This document shows positions 34,093 through 45,777 of a stretch of DNA of 64,000 nucleotides, in pieces. The stretch's first letter is position 1. Every line of letters starts with the position of its first letter. The notes beneath the pieces are model-generated. The model saw only the letters and a program-made list of their open reading frames with translations. It ran no database searches and had not been told where the DNA came from. The stretch is from contig OY762926.1 in the NCBI GenBank assembly GCA_963666735.1, forward strand, positions 1,344,001 to 1,408,000, given 5' to 3'. Made by a program: the position numbers and the translations under genes. The stretch comes from Gemmatimonadota bacterium (lineage in GTDB: Bacteria > Gemmatimonadota > Gemmatimonadetes > Palauibacterales > Palauibacteraceae).

Positions 34093-34932
34093 CTACTTCG
34101 TGGCTTTGCCGCGCTTGCGGCCGCGCACGATCAACTTGTCGCTCGGCTTGTGCTTCTTCCTCGTCTTGCGACCCTCCGGCTTGCCCCACGGCGAGACGGG
34201 TGGACGGCCGCCGGAACTGCGCCCCTCCCCGCCCCCGAGGGGATGGTCCACGGGGTTCATCGCCACGCCGCGCACCTTGGGCCGACGGCCCTTCCACCTC
34301 GAGCGGCCCGCCTTCCCGGCTCGAATGAGTTCGTGGTCGACGTTGCCGACCTGCCCGACCGTGGCCCGGCACGATTCCGGCACCATACGCATCTCGGTGC
34401 TGGGGAGCCGCAACGTGACCGTTCCCCGCTCTTTCGCGACGACCTGGACGGACGCGCCGGCCGAGCGGGCAAGCTGCGCGCCCTTGCCGGGCGCGAGTTC
34501 CACGCCGTGCACGACCGTCCCGAGCGGGACCTCGCGCAGTGGCAGGCAGTTCCCCACGTTCGGGTCGATCCCCGACCCGGAGAGGATGGTGTCACCGACA
34601 CCGAGACCTCTCGGGTGGAGGATGTAGCGCTTTTCCCCATCCGCGTAGTGGAGGAGCGCGATGCGGGCCGAGCGATTCGGATCGTACTCGATCTCCGCGA
34701 TGACGCCGGGCACGCCGTCCTTCCTGCGCTTGAAGTCGATGCGGCGGTAACGCCGCTTGTGGCCGCCCCCGCGCCTCCGGCTCGTGATGTGTCCGTGATG
34801 GTTGCGGCCGGACTTCTTCGGCAGACCCTCCGTCAGCGACCTCTCCGGCTCGCTGCGGGTGATTTCCTCGAACGTCGATACGCTGCGGTATCGGGAGGCG
34901 GCCGTCACCGGCTTGAACTTGCGAATCGGCAT
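34093..34932 (-). CDS. rplB: 50S ribosomal protein L2
   Basis: [25 protein letters not shown]. Confidence 0.98.
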   Translation of the reverse strand: MPIRKFKPVTAASRYRSVSTFEEITRSEPERSLTEGLPKKSGRNHHGHITSRRRGGGHKRRYRRIDFKRRKDGVPGVIAEIEYDPNRSARIALLHYADGEKRYILHPRGLGVGDTILSGSGIDPNVGNCLPLREVPLGTVVHGVELAPGKGAQLARSAGASVQVVAKERGTVTLRLPSTEMRMVPESCRATVGQVGNVDHELIRAGKAGRSRWKGRRPKVRGVAMNPVDHPLGGGEGRSSGGRPPVSPWGKPEGRKTRKKHKPSDKLIVRGRKRGKATK

Positions 34933-34935
34933 CGA

Positions 34936-35292
34936 TCAGGCTCCCTCCAACACATCGACGGGACCGTCGGCGACTTCGATGATCGCCTTCTTCCAGTGCG
35001 GTCGCCGGCCCATCGTGCGCCCCATACGCTTCTTCTTTCCCCGCACGTTCATCGTGCGCACGGAGGTGACTCGCCTTCCCTCGAAGATCGCCTCGAAGGC
35101 ACGGCGGATTTCGATCTTGTTCGCGTCCGGCGCCACCTCGAAGGTGTACTTGGGACGCGGTTCCACATCGCCGCGGTCGATACGCGCCTGGAGACGCCGT
35201 CCCACCCCGTCGGTCCCCTCGGACTGCAGGCTGGTCGACGTCTTTTCCGTGAAGAGCGGACGCAGGATGATCTCGTTCGGCGAGCGCCTCAT
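34936..35292 (-). CDS. rplW: 50S ribosomal protein L23 (with internal insertion)
   Basis: PLFTEK, YTFEVAPDANKIEI, WKKAII. Confidence 0.95.
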   Translation of the reverse strand: MRRSPNEIILRPLFTEKTSTSLQSEGTDGVGRRLQARIDRGDVEPRPKYTFEVAPDANKIEIRRAFEAIFEGRRVTSVRTMNVRGKKKRMGRTMGRRPHWKKAIIEVADGPVDVLEGA

Positions 35293-35936
35293 GCTTCACC
35301 TTCCCCGGCCGTATCGTCGACGGCATCGTCCGCCGCGTCGAAGACCGACGACTCGACGAGTACCAGGTCGGACCAGAGGATGTCATACGCCGACGCCTCT
35401 CCCCATGGGAGCACGCGCACCCCGGGCAGGTTCCTGGCCGACAGATGGACATCGGGTTTGTGGCCTTCCGTCAGGAGAAGGACGTTCTCGGACTCGCGGC
35501 CAAGGCTGGCCAGCAGAGCCGCGATGCGCCGGGTCTTCGGCGGATCGAAACCCAGAGGCTCGATGAGCGCGAGGTCGCCGTGCATGGCTCTCGTATTGAG
35601 TGCGGAGCGGATCGCCAGCCGGCGGATCCGCTTCGGTACCCGCACCCGATAGGAGCGCGGCCGCGGGCCGAAGACCACCGAGCCGCCGCGCCACAGCGCC
35701 GAACGAATCGAGCCGGCCCGGGCGCGTCCCGTCCCCTTCTGCCGCCACGGCTTCCGCGATCCGCCGCGAACGGTCGAGCGGGTCTTCGTCGACGCAGTCC
35801 CCTGTCGACGGTTCGCCAGCACGGCGGTGACGACCTGATGGAGCACGTCTTCATTGACCATGCCATCGAACGGGGTCTCGGGCAGGGCCCGTTCGGCCCC
35901 TGCCGTCCCGTCGGAGCTGTACGTCGCGACGTTCAT
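35289..35936 (-). CDS. rplD: 50S ribosomal protein L4
   Basis: KPWRQKGTGRARAGS, SARNLPGV. Confidence 0.98.
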   Translation of the reverse strand: MNVATYSSDGTAGAERALPETPFDGMVNEDVLHQVVTAVLANRRQGTASTKTRSTVRGGSRKPWRQKGTGRARAGSIRSALWRGGSVVFGPRPRSYRVRVPKRIRRLAIRSALNTRAMHGDLALIEPLGFDPPKTRRIAALLASLGRESENVLLLTEGHKPDVHLSARNLPGVRVLPWGEASAYDILWSDLVLVESSVFDAADDAVDDTAGEGEA

Positions 35937-36556
35937 CGACCCGACCTCACCATGACGAGGTTGTTTCGCGCTCCCGGGATGGAACCTTGAACGATCAGCA
36001 GGTTCCTTTCGGCGTCGACCCGGATGATCTTCCGGCTCATCGCCATGCGCTGCGTCCCTCCCATGCGGCCTGCCATCTTCCGCCCCTTGATGACACGGGA
36101 CGGATCCGTGCCGGCACCGATCGAGCCGGGGGATCGGAGAATGGACGTTCCACCATGGGAGCCGCGACCACCGGCGAAGCCGTGCCGCTTCACGACGCCC
36201 TGGAACCCGCGGCCCTTGGTCGTTCCGGTCACGTTCACCCGCGAACCGACGTCGAACATGCCGACCGTGAGTTCCTGACCCAGTTCGAGCTTCTCGCCCT
36301 CGAAGTCGAACTCCGCGAGGACGCGCGGTACGTAGTCGAGGCCGGCGCGCGCGGCGTGGCCCGCGGCCGGCTTCCGCACGCGGCTCTCCTTCACGCGACC
36401 GAAGCCCAGCTGCACGGCATCATAGCCGTCCTGCTCGGTGGTCTTGATCTGGACCACCGGACAGGGTCCGACTTCCAGAACGGTGACACCGACGGCCTTC
36501 CCGTCGCCGTCAAAGATCTGCGTCATGCCGATTTTTCGGCCGATCAACCCGGGCAT
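35933..36556 (-). CDS. rplC: 50S ribosomal protein L3
   Basis: [22 protein letters not shown]. Confidence 0.98.
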   Translation of the reverse strand: MPGLIGRKIGMTQIFDGDGKAVGVTVLEVGPCPVVQIKTTEQDGYDAVQLGFGRVKESRVRKPAAGHAARAGLDYVPRVLAEFDFEGEKLELGQELTVGMFDVGSRVNVTGTTKGRGFQGVVKRHGFAGGRGSHGGTSILRSPGSIGAGTDPSRVIKGRKMAGRMGGTQRMAMSRKIIRVDAERNLLIVQGSIPGARNNLVMVRSGR

Positions 36557-36560
36557 CTCG

Positions 36561-36869
36561 CTACTCGACTTTGATTTCCACATCGACGCCGGCCGCGAGA
36601 TCCAGCTTCGTCAGCGCGTCGATCGTCTGCGGACGGGAGTCATGGATATCGATGAGCCGCTTGTGCGTCTTCAGTTCGAACTGTTCCCGCGATTTCTTGT
36701 CCACGTGAGGACTCCGCAGGACCGTGAACAATTGACGGCGCGTCGGAAGCGGGATCGGCCCGCTGACGGACGCACCGGTCTTCTGCGCGGTCCGAACGAT
36801 GTCCGACGCCGTCTGGTCGATCACCGCTGGATCGAATGCTTTCAGCCGAATCCGAATCTTCTGCGCCAT
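36561..36869 (-). CDS. rpsJ: 30S ribosomal protein S10
   Basis: [29 protein letters not shown]. Confidence 0.98.
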   Translation of the reverse strand: MAQKIRIRLKAFDPAVIDQTASDIVRTAQKTGASVSGPIPLPTRRQLFTVLRSPHVDKKSREQFELKTHKRLIDIHDSRPQTIDALTKLDLAAGVDVEIKVE

Positions 36870-36903
36870 ATGTGTGCGCCGTCTCGTTTTCCGGGGGTGT
36901 CCG

Positions 36904-38097
<1,194 letters not shown>

Positions 38098-38154
38098 CGC
38101 CCCTCGTTCTCCTGTGTCTCGTCTGCGTCTGTTGGCGGACGGCCCCTTCGCCGC

Positions 38155-40251
38155 CTACGAACCGTTGGCGGAGACAATCTCCGCCGTCTTGGAGCCCGGA
38201 ACTTCCTCGTAGTGCGAAAACTGCATGGTGTAGACCGCGCGACCCTGGCTGATCGAGCGCAGGGACGTCGCGTAGCCGAACATCTCCGACAGCGGCACGG
38301 ACGCGCCGACGACCTGGGCCGACGACCGCTGCGTCATGCCGCCGATCTTGCCCCGCCGACTGGAGAGGTCTCCCATCACGTCCCCGAGATAATCTTCGGG
38401 CGTAACGACTTCCACGTTCATGACCGGTTCGAGCAGGACGGGTTGCGCCCTGCGCGCACCTTCCTTGAGCGCGATCGAGCCGGCGATCTTGAAGGCCATC
38501 TCGCTGGAATCGACGTCATGGTACGAGCCGTCGATCAGCGTGGCCTTGATGTCGATGATCGGGTAGCCGGCGACGATCCCCGAATCCAGCGCCTCGCGAA
38601 TCCCCTGTTCCACCGAGAGCACGTACTCGCGGGGCACGTTTCCGCCCCGGATCTCGGAGTCGAAGATGAAGCCGCCACCGGGATCCGTGGGCTCGAGGTT
38701 GATGATCACGTGCCCGAACTGCCCGCGGCCACCGGACTGCCGCACGAAGCGGCCCTCCACCTTGCGGACGGCTTTGCGGATCGTCTCGCGATAGGCCACC
38801 TGGGGACGGCCGACGTTCGCATTGACCTTGAACTCGCGCTGCAGCCGGTCGACGATGATCTCGAGATGGAGTTCGCCCATCCCGCTGATGATCGTCTGCC
38901 CCGTCTCCTCATCGGTGTAGACGCGGAACGTCGGGTCTTCCTCGGCCAGCTTCGCGAGAGCCCCCGACAGCTTCTCCTGATCCGCTTTCGTCCGCGGCTC
39001 GATCGCCACCCGGATCACGGGTTCGGGAAAACTCATCGACTCGAGCACGATCGGATCGGTCGCCGACGAGAGCGTATCTCCCGTCCGCGTATGCTTGAGT
39101 CCGATCGCGGCCGCAATGTCGCCCGCGAATACTTCGTCGCGCTCCTCGCGCTTGTTCGCGTGCATCTGGAGCAGCCGCCCGAAGCGTTCCTTCCGCGCCC
39201 TGGACGAATTCAGAGCCTTCGAACCGGCCTTCGCCGTGCCGGAATAGACTCTGAAGTAGGTCAGGCGTCCCACATACGGATCGGTCGCGATCTTGAACGC
39301 GAGCGCCGCAAAAGGGGCCTCCTCGTCGGCCGCACGCTCGACCTCCGTCTCATCCTGCTGCGGAAGGTGGCCAGTGACGGGAGGGACATCGAGGGGGGAG
39401 GGGAGGAAGTCGATCACGGCGTCGAGCAGGCGCTGTACGCCTTTGTTCTTGAAGGCCGAGCCACACAGGATCGGCGTGATCCCGTTGGCCAGCGTCGCCT
39501 TCCGCACCGCGCCGCGGATCTCATCCTCGGTGAGCTCGTCCCCTTCGAGGTACTTCTCGAGCATGGGTTCGTCGTACTCGACCGCGGCCTCGATGAGGGC
39601 GCTCCGCAGTTCCGCCACCTGGTCCGCCAAGGCGTCCGGCACGGGGCCCTCGGTCCAGCGCGCACCCAGGGATTCATCGTCGTAGACGACCTTGATCTCA
39701 CGAATGAGGTCGACCATGCCCGTATAGAGTTCACCCTCGCCGAGGGGAATCTGAAGCGGATGCGCGTTCGCCCCCAGGCGGTCGCGCATCATCCGGACGA
39801 CATTCATGAAGTCGGCGCCGACGCGATCCATCTTGTTGACGAACGCGATGCGCGGGACCCCGTACTTGTCGGCCTGCCGCCAGACGGTCTCGGACTGCGG
39901 CTCCACGCCGCCGACGGCGCAGAAAAGAGCCACCGCGCCGTCGAGCACGCGGAGGCTGCGCTCCACCTCCACCGTGAAATCGACGTGCCCCGGCGTGTCG
40001 ATGATATTGATGCGGTAGGGTTCGCCGTCGTGCGTCCAGTTACAGGTGGTGGCGGCCGACGTAATCGTGATGCCGCGCTCCTGCTCCTGTTCCATCCAGT
40101 CCATCGTCGCGTCGCCATGATGCACTTCGCCCAGGCGATGCGTCCGGCCGGTGTAGAACAGCACCCGTTCGGTCGTCGTCGTCTTTCCGGCATCGATGTG
40201 CGCCATGATGCCGATATTCCGAAGCCGCTCGAGCGGCGTTCTTCTCTCCAT
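38155..40251 (-). CDS. fusA: Elongation factor G
   Basis: [33 protein letters not shown]. Confidence 0.99.
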   Translation of the reverse strand: MERRTPLERLRNIGIMAHIDAGKTTTTERVLFYTGRTHRLGEVHHGDATMDWMEQEQERGITITSAATTCNWTHDGEPYRINIIDTPGHVDFTVEVERSLRVLDGAVALFCAVGGVEPQSETVWRQADKYGVPRIAFVNKMDRVGADFMNVVRMMRDRLGANAHPLQIPLGEGELYTGMVDLIREIKVVYDDESLGARWTEGPVPDALADQVAELRSALIEAAVEYDEPMLEKYLEGDELTEDEIRGAVRKATLANGITPILCGSAFKNKGVQRLLDAVIDFLPSPLDVPPVTGHLPQQDETEVERAADEEAPFAALAFKIATDPYVGRLTYFRVYSGTAKAGSKALNSSRARKERFGRLLQMHANKREERDEVFAGDIAAAIGLKHTRTGDTLSSATDPIVLESMSFPEPVIRVAIEPRTKADQEKLSGALAKLAEEDPTFRVYTDEETGQTIISGMGELHLEIIVDRLQREFKVNANVGRPQVAYRETIRKAVRKVEGRFVRQSGGRGQFGHVIINLEPTDPGGGFIFDSEIRGGNVPREYVLSVEQGIREALDSGIVAGYPIIDIKATLIDGSYHDVDSSEMAFKIAGSIALKEGARRAQPVLLEPVMNVEVVTPEDYLGDVMGDLSSRRGKIGGMTQRSSAQVVGASVPLSEMFGYATSLRSISQGRAVYTMQFSHYEEVPGSKTAEIVSANGS

Positions 40252-40303
40252 GAGCCGATCTATTGGTCTCTATCTGTCGAACCTCGGGTGCCGGACGGAC
40301 TCA

Positions 40304-40774
40304 TTACCAGCGGTAGTGCGCAAACGCCTTGTTCGCGTCCGCCATCCGGTGCACGTCCTCCTTCTTCCTCACCGCCCCGCCATCGCCGCGGGCGGCGTCG
40401 AGCAGTTCACCGGCGAGCCGTTGCGCCATCGTCTTGCCTGAGCGGGATCGCGAGTACTGCACGAGCCATCGGCGCGCGAGTGAATCGCGCCGCCGGTACG
40501 ACACTTCCATCGGCACCTGGTACGTCGCGCCACCCACGCGCCGACTGCGGACCTCGAGGATGGGCTTCGCATTCTGCAGTGCCTGCCGGAACACGTTCAT
40601 CGCCGGCTGTCCCGTCTTCATCTCGATGCTTTGCATCGCTTCGTAGAAGGTCCGCTCGGCGAGGGACTTCTTTCCGTCCAGCATCAGCATGTTGATGAAC
40701 TTCGTGACCTCCGTGCTCCCGTATCGGGAGTCCGGAATCACCTCACGCTGTTCGGCACGGTTTCGTCGTGGCAT
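40304..40774 (-). CDS. rpsG: 30S ribosomal protein S7
   Basis: RRVGGATYQVP, ANKAFAHYRW. Confidence 0.98.
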   Translation of the reverse strand: MPRRNRAEQREVIPDSRYGSTEVTKFINMLMLDGKKSLAERTFYEAMQSIEMKTGQPAMNVFRQALQNAKPILEVRSRRVGGATYQVPMEVSYRRRDSLARRWLVQYSRSRSGKTMAQRLAGELLDAARGDGGAVRKKEDVHRMADANKAFAHYRW

Positions 40775-40893
40775 CTCGTTTCGCCATATCCGGCTCCGGG
40801 TTCATCCGGAGACTTCGCAATAAAGCCCGGCCGCGGACTCCGAGGCCGGGCCCAACGGTGTCCGGCCCGCTCGAACTTCCGAAGGATCCCGAG

Positions 40894-41265
40894 CTATTTT
40901 CTCTTCTTCGAACCGTACTTCGACCGGCCCTGGTTCCTGTCGTCCACGCCCGACGCGTCGAGGGTCCCGCGGATGATGTGGTACCGCACACCCGGCAGAT
41001 CCTTCACTCGTCCGCCCCGGATCAGGACGATGCTGTGCTCCTGGAGGTTGTGGCCCTCGCCTCCGATGTACGCGGTGACTTCGTATCCGTTCGTAAGTCG
41101 CACGCGGGCGACCTTCCGCAGAGCCGAATTGGGCTTCTTCGGCGTCGTGGTGTAGACGCGCGTGCACACGCCGCGCTTCTGGGGGTTCCCCTCCAGCGCT
41201 GGCGCCTTGCTCTTCTTCCGGACCTTCCTGCGGCCCTTGCGAACCAGTTGATTGATGGTCGGCAT
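40894..41265 (-). CDS. rpsL: 30S ribosomal protein S12
   Basis: [30 protein letters not shown]. Confidence 0.99.
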   Translation of the reverse strand: MPTINQLVRKGRRKVRKKSKAPALEGNPQKRGVCTRVYTTTPKKPNSALRKVARVRLTNGYEVTAYIGGEGHNLQEHSIVLIRGGRVKDLPGVRYHIIRGTLDASGVDDRNQGRSKYGSKKRK

Positions 41266-41336
41266 TCCCGCTCCATCGCTCCCTTCGGCCGCACCGGTGC
41301 GCCGATCACCGAACTCGGGGCCCGGCCGTTGGGGGT

Positions 41337-41369
41337 AAAAAAATCGGGGACGGATCCGAACCGCCCCCG
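41337..41369 (-). terminator. Intrinsic-terminator-like hairpin inside the rpsL leader
   Basis: Minus strand CGGGGGCGG-TTCGGAT-CCGTCCCCG-A-TTTTTTT. Confidence 0.7.
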
Positions 41370-41404
41370 CGGCGACTGCCGACCGGTCGGTCGACAGACG
41401 AGAG

Positions 41405-41433
41405 AGAGTAGTCTTGAGGCCTCTCCGTGTCAA
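41405..41433 (-). promoter_or_regulatory. Sigma70 promoter of the str operon
   Basis: TTGACA-17 nt-TACTCT. Confidence 0.8.
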
Positions 41434-41504
41434 GAAACCTCCGTCGCGGAGAGGGGGCGCGGAGATCCCGTAAACGCACCCCCTGCTTCGGTGTCGGATG
41501 GACG

Positions 41505-44500
41505 TCAGGTCGTCATGACCGCGCCCTCCTCCGCCACGGCGGCCTCGTCTTCCCCGGCCTGATCCCGGAGGTCCGAGAAGAGACTCCTGGGCATCTCCTC
41601 GGGCACGACCCTGCGGCGCATGGAGTCGATCTGCGCCTTCAGCGCGTCGTCCACGAGAAACTCGATATCGGAGAATCGGTGCGTCCCCGTACCAGCCGGG
41701 ACCAGGTGACCGATGATGATGTTCTCCTTGAGCCCTCTGAGGCGGTCCTTCGCCCCGCGCACCGCGGCGTCGGTAAGCACGCGCGTCGTCTCCTGGAAGG
41801 AGGCCGCGCTGATGAAGGACTCCGTGGTGAGGCTCGACTTCGTGATCCCGAGCAGGATCGGCTCCGCCCGCGGGGGCTTGCCTCCACCCTCGAGAACCTC
41901 GCGCGTCGCATCGCGGAACTCCATCCGGTCGACATGCTCGCCTTCGAGGAATTCCGTGCCGCCCGGATCCGTGATGCGGACCTTCTGCAGCATCTGACGC
42001 ACGATCACCGCAATATGCTTGTCGTTGATCCGCACGCCCTGCAGGCGGTAGACCTCCTGGATCTCGTTGAGCAGGTACTCCTGTACCGCCCGGGGTCCCC
42101 GGACCCGCAGGATGTCGTGCGGATTCACCGGACCCTCGGAGAGACGGTCCCCCGCACGCACGAGATCTCCCTCGTGCACGCGAAGGTGCTTGCCGACGGG
42201 GATCTGGTACACCATCTCCTCGCCGTCGTCCATGGTCACGATGATCTCGCGCTTCCCGCGCTTGATCCCGCCGAACGAGACGCGCCCATCGACTTCGGTA
42301 ATCGTCGCGGGATCCTTCGGCCTCCGCGCCTCGAACAGCTCGGCAACCCGGGGCAATCCACCCGTGATGTCGCGGGTCTTGTAGGCCTCGCGGCTGATCT
42401 TGGCGAGCGTCTCTCCCGCGTTGACCGCCTGTCCGTCCTGCACCAGCAGCTGCGTGCCGACCGGTACGATGAACTCGCGCAGCTTGGCGCCCTTCCCGGT
42501 CACGATGTTGATCACGGGGTGGAGCTTCTTCTCGCGGTCGTCGATGATGACCTGCTGACGCCGTCCGGTCGCCTCGTCCAGCTCCTCGCGCACCGTCTCT
42601 TCCGGTACGATGTCCGTGAACCGGATCTGCCCCTTCTTGTCCGCGACGATCGGTTCGGAGTACGGGTCCCATCCGAAGAGCAGATCCCCATGCCCCACGT
42701 CGGTGTCGTCCTCCACGAAGAGCGTCGCCCCGTAGGGAATGGCGAGCCGCGACAGGATGCGGTCGTCCGGCGTCTTCATGAGGAGTTCGCCCTCACGGCT
42801 TGTAACGATCGTGTCGTCCGACGGACTCGTGACGGTCGTCACGCGCTCGAAAGCGATCCGGCCCTCCAGCTTGGAGCGCCTTTGCGTCTGCGCCGCGATG
42901 CGTGCCGCCGTCCCGCCGATATGGAAGGTTCGGAGCGTGAGCTGCGTGCCCGGCTCACCGATCGACTGCGCGGCGAGAATGCCCGCCGCCTCACCCAGAT
43001 CGACGAGTTCCATCGTCGCCAGATTGCGGCCGTAGCACTGCTGACAGATTCCGCGCCGGGACTCGCACGTGAGCACCGAGCGGATGCGGACCTGCTGGAC
43101 ACCGCTCTCATCGATGGCCCGCGCCCTCGCCTCCGTGATCATTCCCCCGGCCTCGACGATGACGTCGTCGTCGATGGGATCGATCACGGCTTCCGCCGCG
43201 ATGTTGCCGGCGACACGATCCGACAGCGGCTCGATGATGTCCTCGCCCTCCTTGAGCGCCGTGACATCGAGCCCGAGGATGGTGTTGCAGTCCTCCTCGA
43301 TGATCGTGACATCCTGCGCCACATCGACGAGCCGGCGCGTGAGGTAGCCGGCGTCCGCCGTCTTGAGGGCCGTATCGGCGAGCCCCTTCCGCGCGCCGTG
43401 CGTCGAGATGAAGTACTCGAGCACGCTGAGGCCCTCCCTGAAGTTGGAGCGGATCGGGCTCTCGATGATTTCCCCGATGCCACCGGTCAACTTCTTCTGG
43501 GGCTTGGCCATCAGACCCCGCATCCCCGCGAGCTGCCGGATCTGGTCGCGAGAACCCCGGGCGCCCGAATCGAACATCATGAAGATCGGATTGAAGCCGT
43601 GTCTCGATTGCTGGAGTCCGCGGACCATCGCGTCGGCGACATCGTTGTTCGCGTGGGTCCAGGCATCGATCACCTTGTTGTACCGTTCCCCGAAGGAGAT
43701 TACGCCGCGGTGGTACGCCTTCGTGAACCGGTTCACGTCCTCCTGGGCCTCGCCGAGGATCTCCTGCTTCTCGACCGGGATTTCCATGTCATCGAGTCCG
43801 ATGGAAACGCCGGCCTTCGTCGCGTTGCGGAACCCGAAGTCCTTGAGCTCATCGAGGAACGACGTGGTGTCCTCGAGTCCCGCGAGCCGGAACGACCGGA
43901 AGACGAGGTCCCCCAAGGCACCCTTGCCCAGCGTCTCGTTCACGTACGGCACCCGGGAGGGCAGGATCGCGTTGAAGAGGGCGCGTCCGACGCTGGTCAC
44001 GATCCACTTCCGCTCGACCTGGCCGTCGTCGGCCTCCTCGTCGATGAGCAGCCGAATCGGCAGGTGGTGGTCCGGCGTCCCCGCCTGCGAGCGCAGATAT
44101 CCCGCTTCCAGCGCCATTTCAACCTGGTCCGCGCTCGCGAAGTGAGGGAGGTCCGATCCCGACGCGTGTTCGTCGAAGTCCGGCCGAACCTTCGTCATGT
44201 AGTAGCATCCGAGGACCATGTCCTGGGACGGCGACGCGATCGGCCGGCCGTTCGCGGGTTTCAGGATGTTGTTGCTCGACAGCATGAGGATCCGCGCCTC
44301 GAGCTGCGACTCGAACGACAACGGAACGTGCACCGCCATCTGGTCGCCGTCGAAGTCCGCGTTGAACGCCGCGCACACGAGCGGGTGAATGCGGATGGCC
44401 TTCCCCTCCACGAGCACCGGCTCGAAGGCCTGGATCCCCAGCCGGTGAAGCGTCGGGGCCCGGTTCAGGAGCACCGGGTGGTCCTTGATGATGTCCTCGA

Positions 44501-45758
44501 GGACCTCGTAGACCGTCGGGTCTTCGAGTTCGACGAGCTTCTTGGCGCGCTTCACGGTCTCCGCGTGCAGCCGCCGCTCGAGTTCGTGGATGATGAACGG
44601 CTTGAACAGCTCGACCGCCATCTTCTTGGGCAGCCCGCATTGGTGCAGCCGGAGTTCCGGACCCACGACGATGACCGACCGGCCGGAGTAGTCGACGCGC
44701 TTTCCGAGCAGATTCTGCCGGAACCGGCCCTGCTTGCCCTTGAGCATGTCCGACAGCGACTTGAGCGGCCGCTTGCCCCGTCCGCGAATCGCCTTGCCGC
44801 GCCGCCCGTTGTCGAACAGCGCGTCCACCGCCTCCTGGAGCATGCGCTTCTCGTTGCGGAGGATCACCTCCGGCGCGCGCATTTCCAGCAGCTTCTTGAG
44901 CCGGTTGTTCCGATTGATCACGCGGCGGTAGAGGTCGTTGAGGTCCGATGTCGCGAACCGTCCACCGTCCAGCGGGACGAGGGGACGCAGATCCGGCGGA
45001 ATCACCGGGATCACATCCATGATCATGTGCTCGGGGCTGTTACGCTTCGAGACTTCGTCGTCGCTGTTGCGGATCGCGTCGATTACCTTGAGCCGCTTGA
45101 GCTTCTTCTTCTTCCGGTGCTTCGAGGTCTCGTGAACGACCTCGTAGCGCAGCTGCTCGGCGAGTTCGTCAACGTCCAGTTGTCCAAGTAGCGTCCGGAC
45201 TCCTTCCGCCCCGATTTCGGCGCGGAACTCGGTATCTCCCTCCTCGCGCGCCTTGTCCGTCAGCTCCCAGTATTCATCCTCTTCCAGAACCTGCTTGAAC
45301 TCGACATCCTGCCGGCCGGGCTCGGTGACGACATGCGCCGCGTAGTAGATGACCTTCTCGAGATCCCGCAGCTTCATTCCGAGCAGGTAGCCCATCTGGG
45401 AAGGAAGGGTCTTGAAGAACCAGATATGAGCCACGGGCACCGCGAGTTCGATGTGCCCCATCCGCTCGCGGCGAACCTTGGAGAGCGTGACCTCGACTCC
45501 GCACTTGTCACATATGTGGCCGCGGTACCGGATCCGCTTGAACTTCCCGCAGTGGCACTCCCAGTCCTTGACCGGCCCGAAGATGCGCTCGCAGAAGAGG
45601 CCATCGCGCTCCGGCTTGAACGACCGGTAGTTGATCGTCTCCGGTTTCGTGACCTCCCCGTGACTCCACGAACGGATTTCCTCGGGCGAGGCGAGCTTGA
45701 TCTGAATCCAGTCGAACTCGGACGAACCGGCACTGCGATTTCGCGGAAAATCGATCAT
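41505..45758 (-). CDS. rpoC: RNA polymerase subunit beta'
   Basis: Zn finger CHCGK...[25 protein letters not shown]; alternative GTG start at 45764. Confidence 0.99.
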   Translation of the reverse strand: MIDFPRNRSAGSSEFDWIQIKLASPEEIRSWSHGEVTKPETINYRSFKPERDGLFCERIFGPVKDWECHCGKFKRIRYRGHICDKCGVEVTLSKVRRERMGHIELAVPVAHIWFFKTLPSQMGYLLGMKLRDLEKVIYYAAHVVTEPGRQDVEFKQVLEEDEYWELTDKAREEGDTEFRAEIGAEGVRTLLGQLDVDELAEQLRYEVVHETSKHRKKKKLKRLKVIDAIRNSDDEVSKRNSPEHMIMDVIPVIPPDLRPLVPLDGGRFATSDLNDLYRRVINRNNRLKKLLEMRAPEVILRNEKRMLQEAVDALFDNGRRGKAIRGRGKRPLKSLSDMLKGKQGRFRQNLLGKRVDYSGRSVIVVGPELRLHQCGLPKKMAVELFKPFIIHELERRLHAETVKRAKKLVELEDPTVYEVLEDIIKDHPVLLNRAPTLHRLGIQAFEPVLVEGKAIRIHPLVCAAFNADFDGDQMAVHVPLSFESQLEARILMLSSNNILKPANGRPIASPSQDMVLGCYYMTKVRPDFDEHASGSDLPHFASADQVEMALEAGYLRSQAGTPDHHLPIRLLIDEEADDGQVERKWIVTSVGRALFNAILPSRVPYVNETLGKGALGDLVFRSFRLAGLEDTTSFLDELKDFGFRNATKAGVSIGLDDMEIPVEKQEILGEAQEDVNRFTKAYHRGVISFGERYNKVIDAWTHANNDVADAMVRGLQQSRHGFNPIFMMFDSGARGSRDQIRQLAGMRGLMAKPQKKLTGGIGEIIESPIRSNFREGLSVLEYFISTHGARKGLADTALKTADAGYLTRRLVDVAQDVTIIEEDCNTILGLDVTALKEGEDIIEPLSDRVAGNIAAEAVIDPIDDDVIVEAGGMITEARARAIDESGVQQVRIRSVLTCESRRGICQQCYGRNLATMELVDLGEAAGILAAQSIGEPGTQLTLRTFHIGGTAARIAAQTQRRSKLEGRIAFERVTTVTSPSDDTIVTSREGELLMKTPDDRILSRLAIPYGATLFVEDDTDVGHGDLLFGWDPYSEPIVADKKGQIRFTDIVPEETVREELDEATGRRQQVIIDDREKKLHPVINIVTGKGAKLREFIVPVGTQLLVQDGQAVNAGETLAKISREAYKTRDITGGLPRVAELFEARRPKDPATITEVDGRVSFGGIKRGKREIIVTMDDGEEMVYQIPVGKHLRVHEGDLVRAGDRLSEGPVNPHDILRVRGPRAVQEYLLNEIQEVYRLQGVRINDKHIAVIVRQMLQKVRITDPGGTEFLEGEHVDRMEFRDATREVLEGGGKPPRAEPILLGITKSSLTTESFISAASFQETTRVLTDAAVRGAKDRLRGLKENIIIGHLVPAGTGTHRFSDIEFLVDDALKAQIDSMRRRVVPEEMPRSLFSDLRDQAGEDEAAVAEEGAVMTT

Positions 45759-45777
45759 CTTCACCCTCTTGTTTTCG

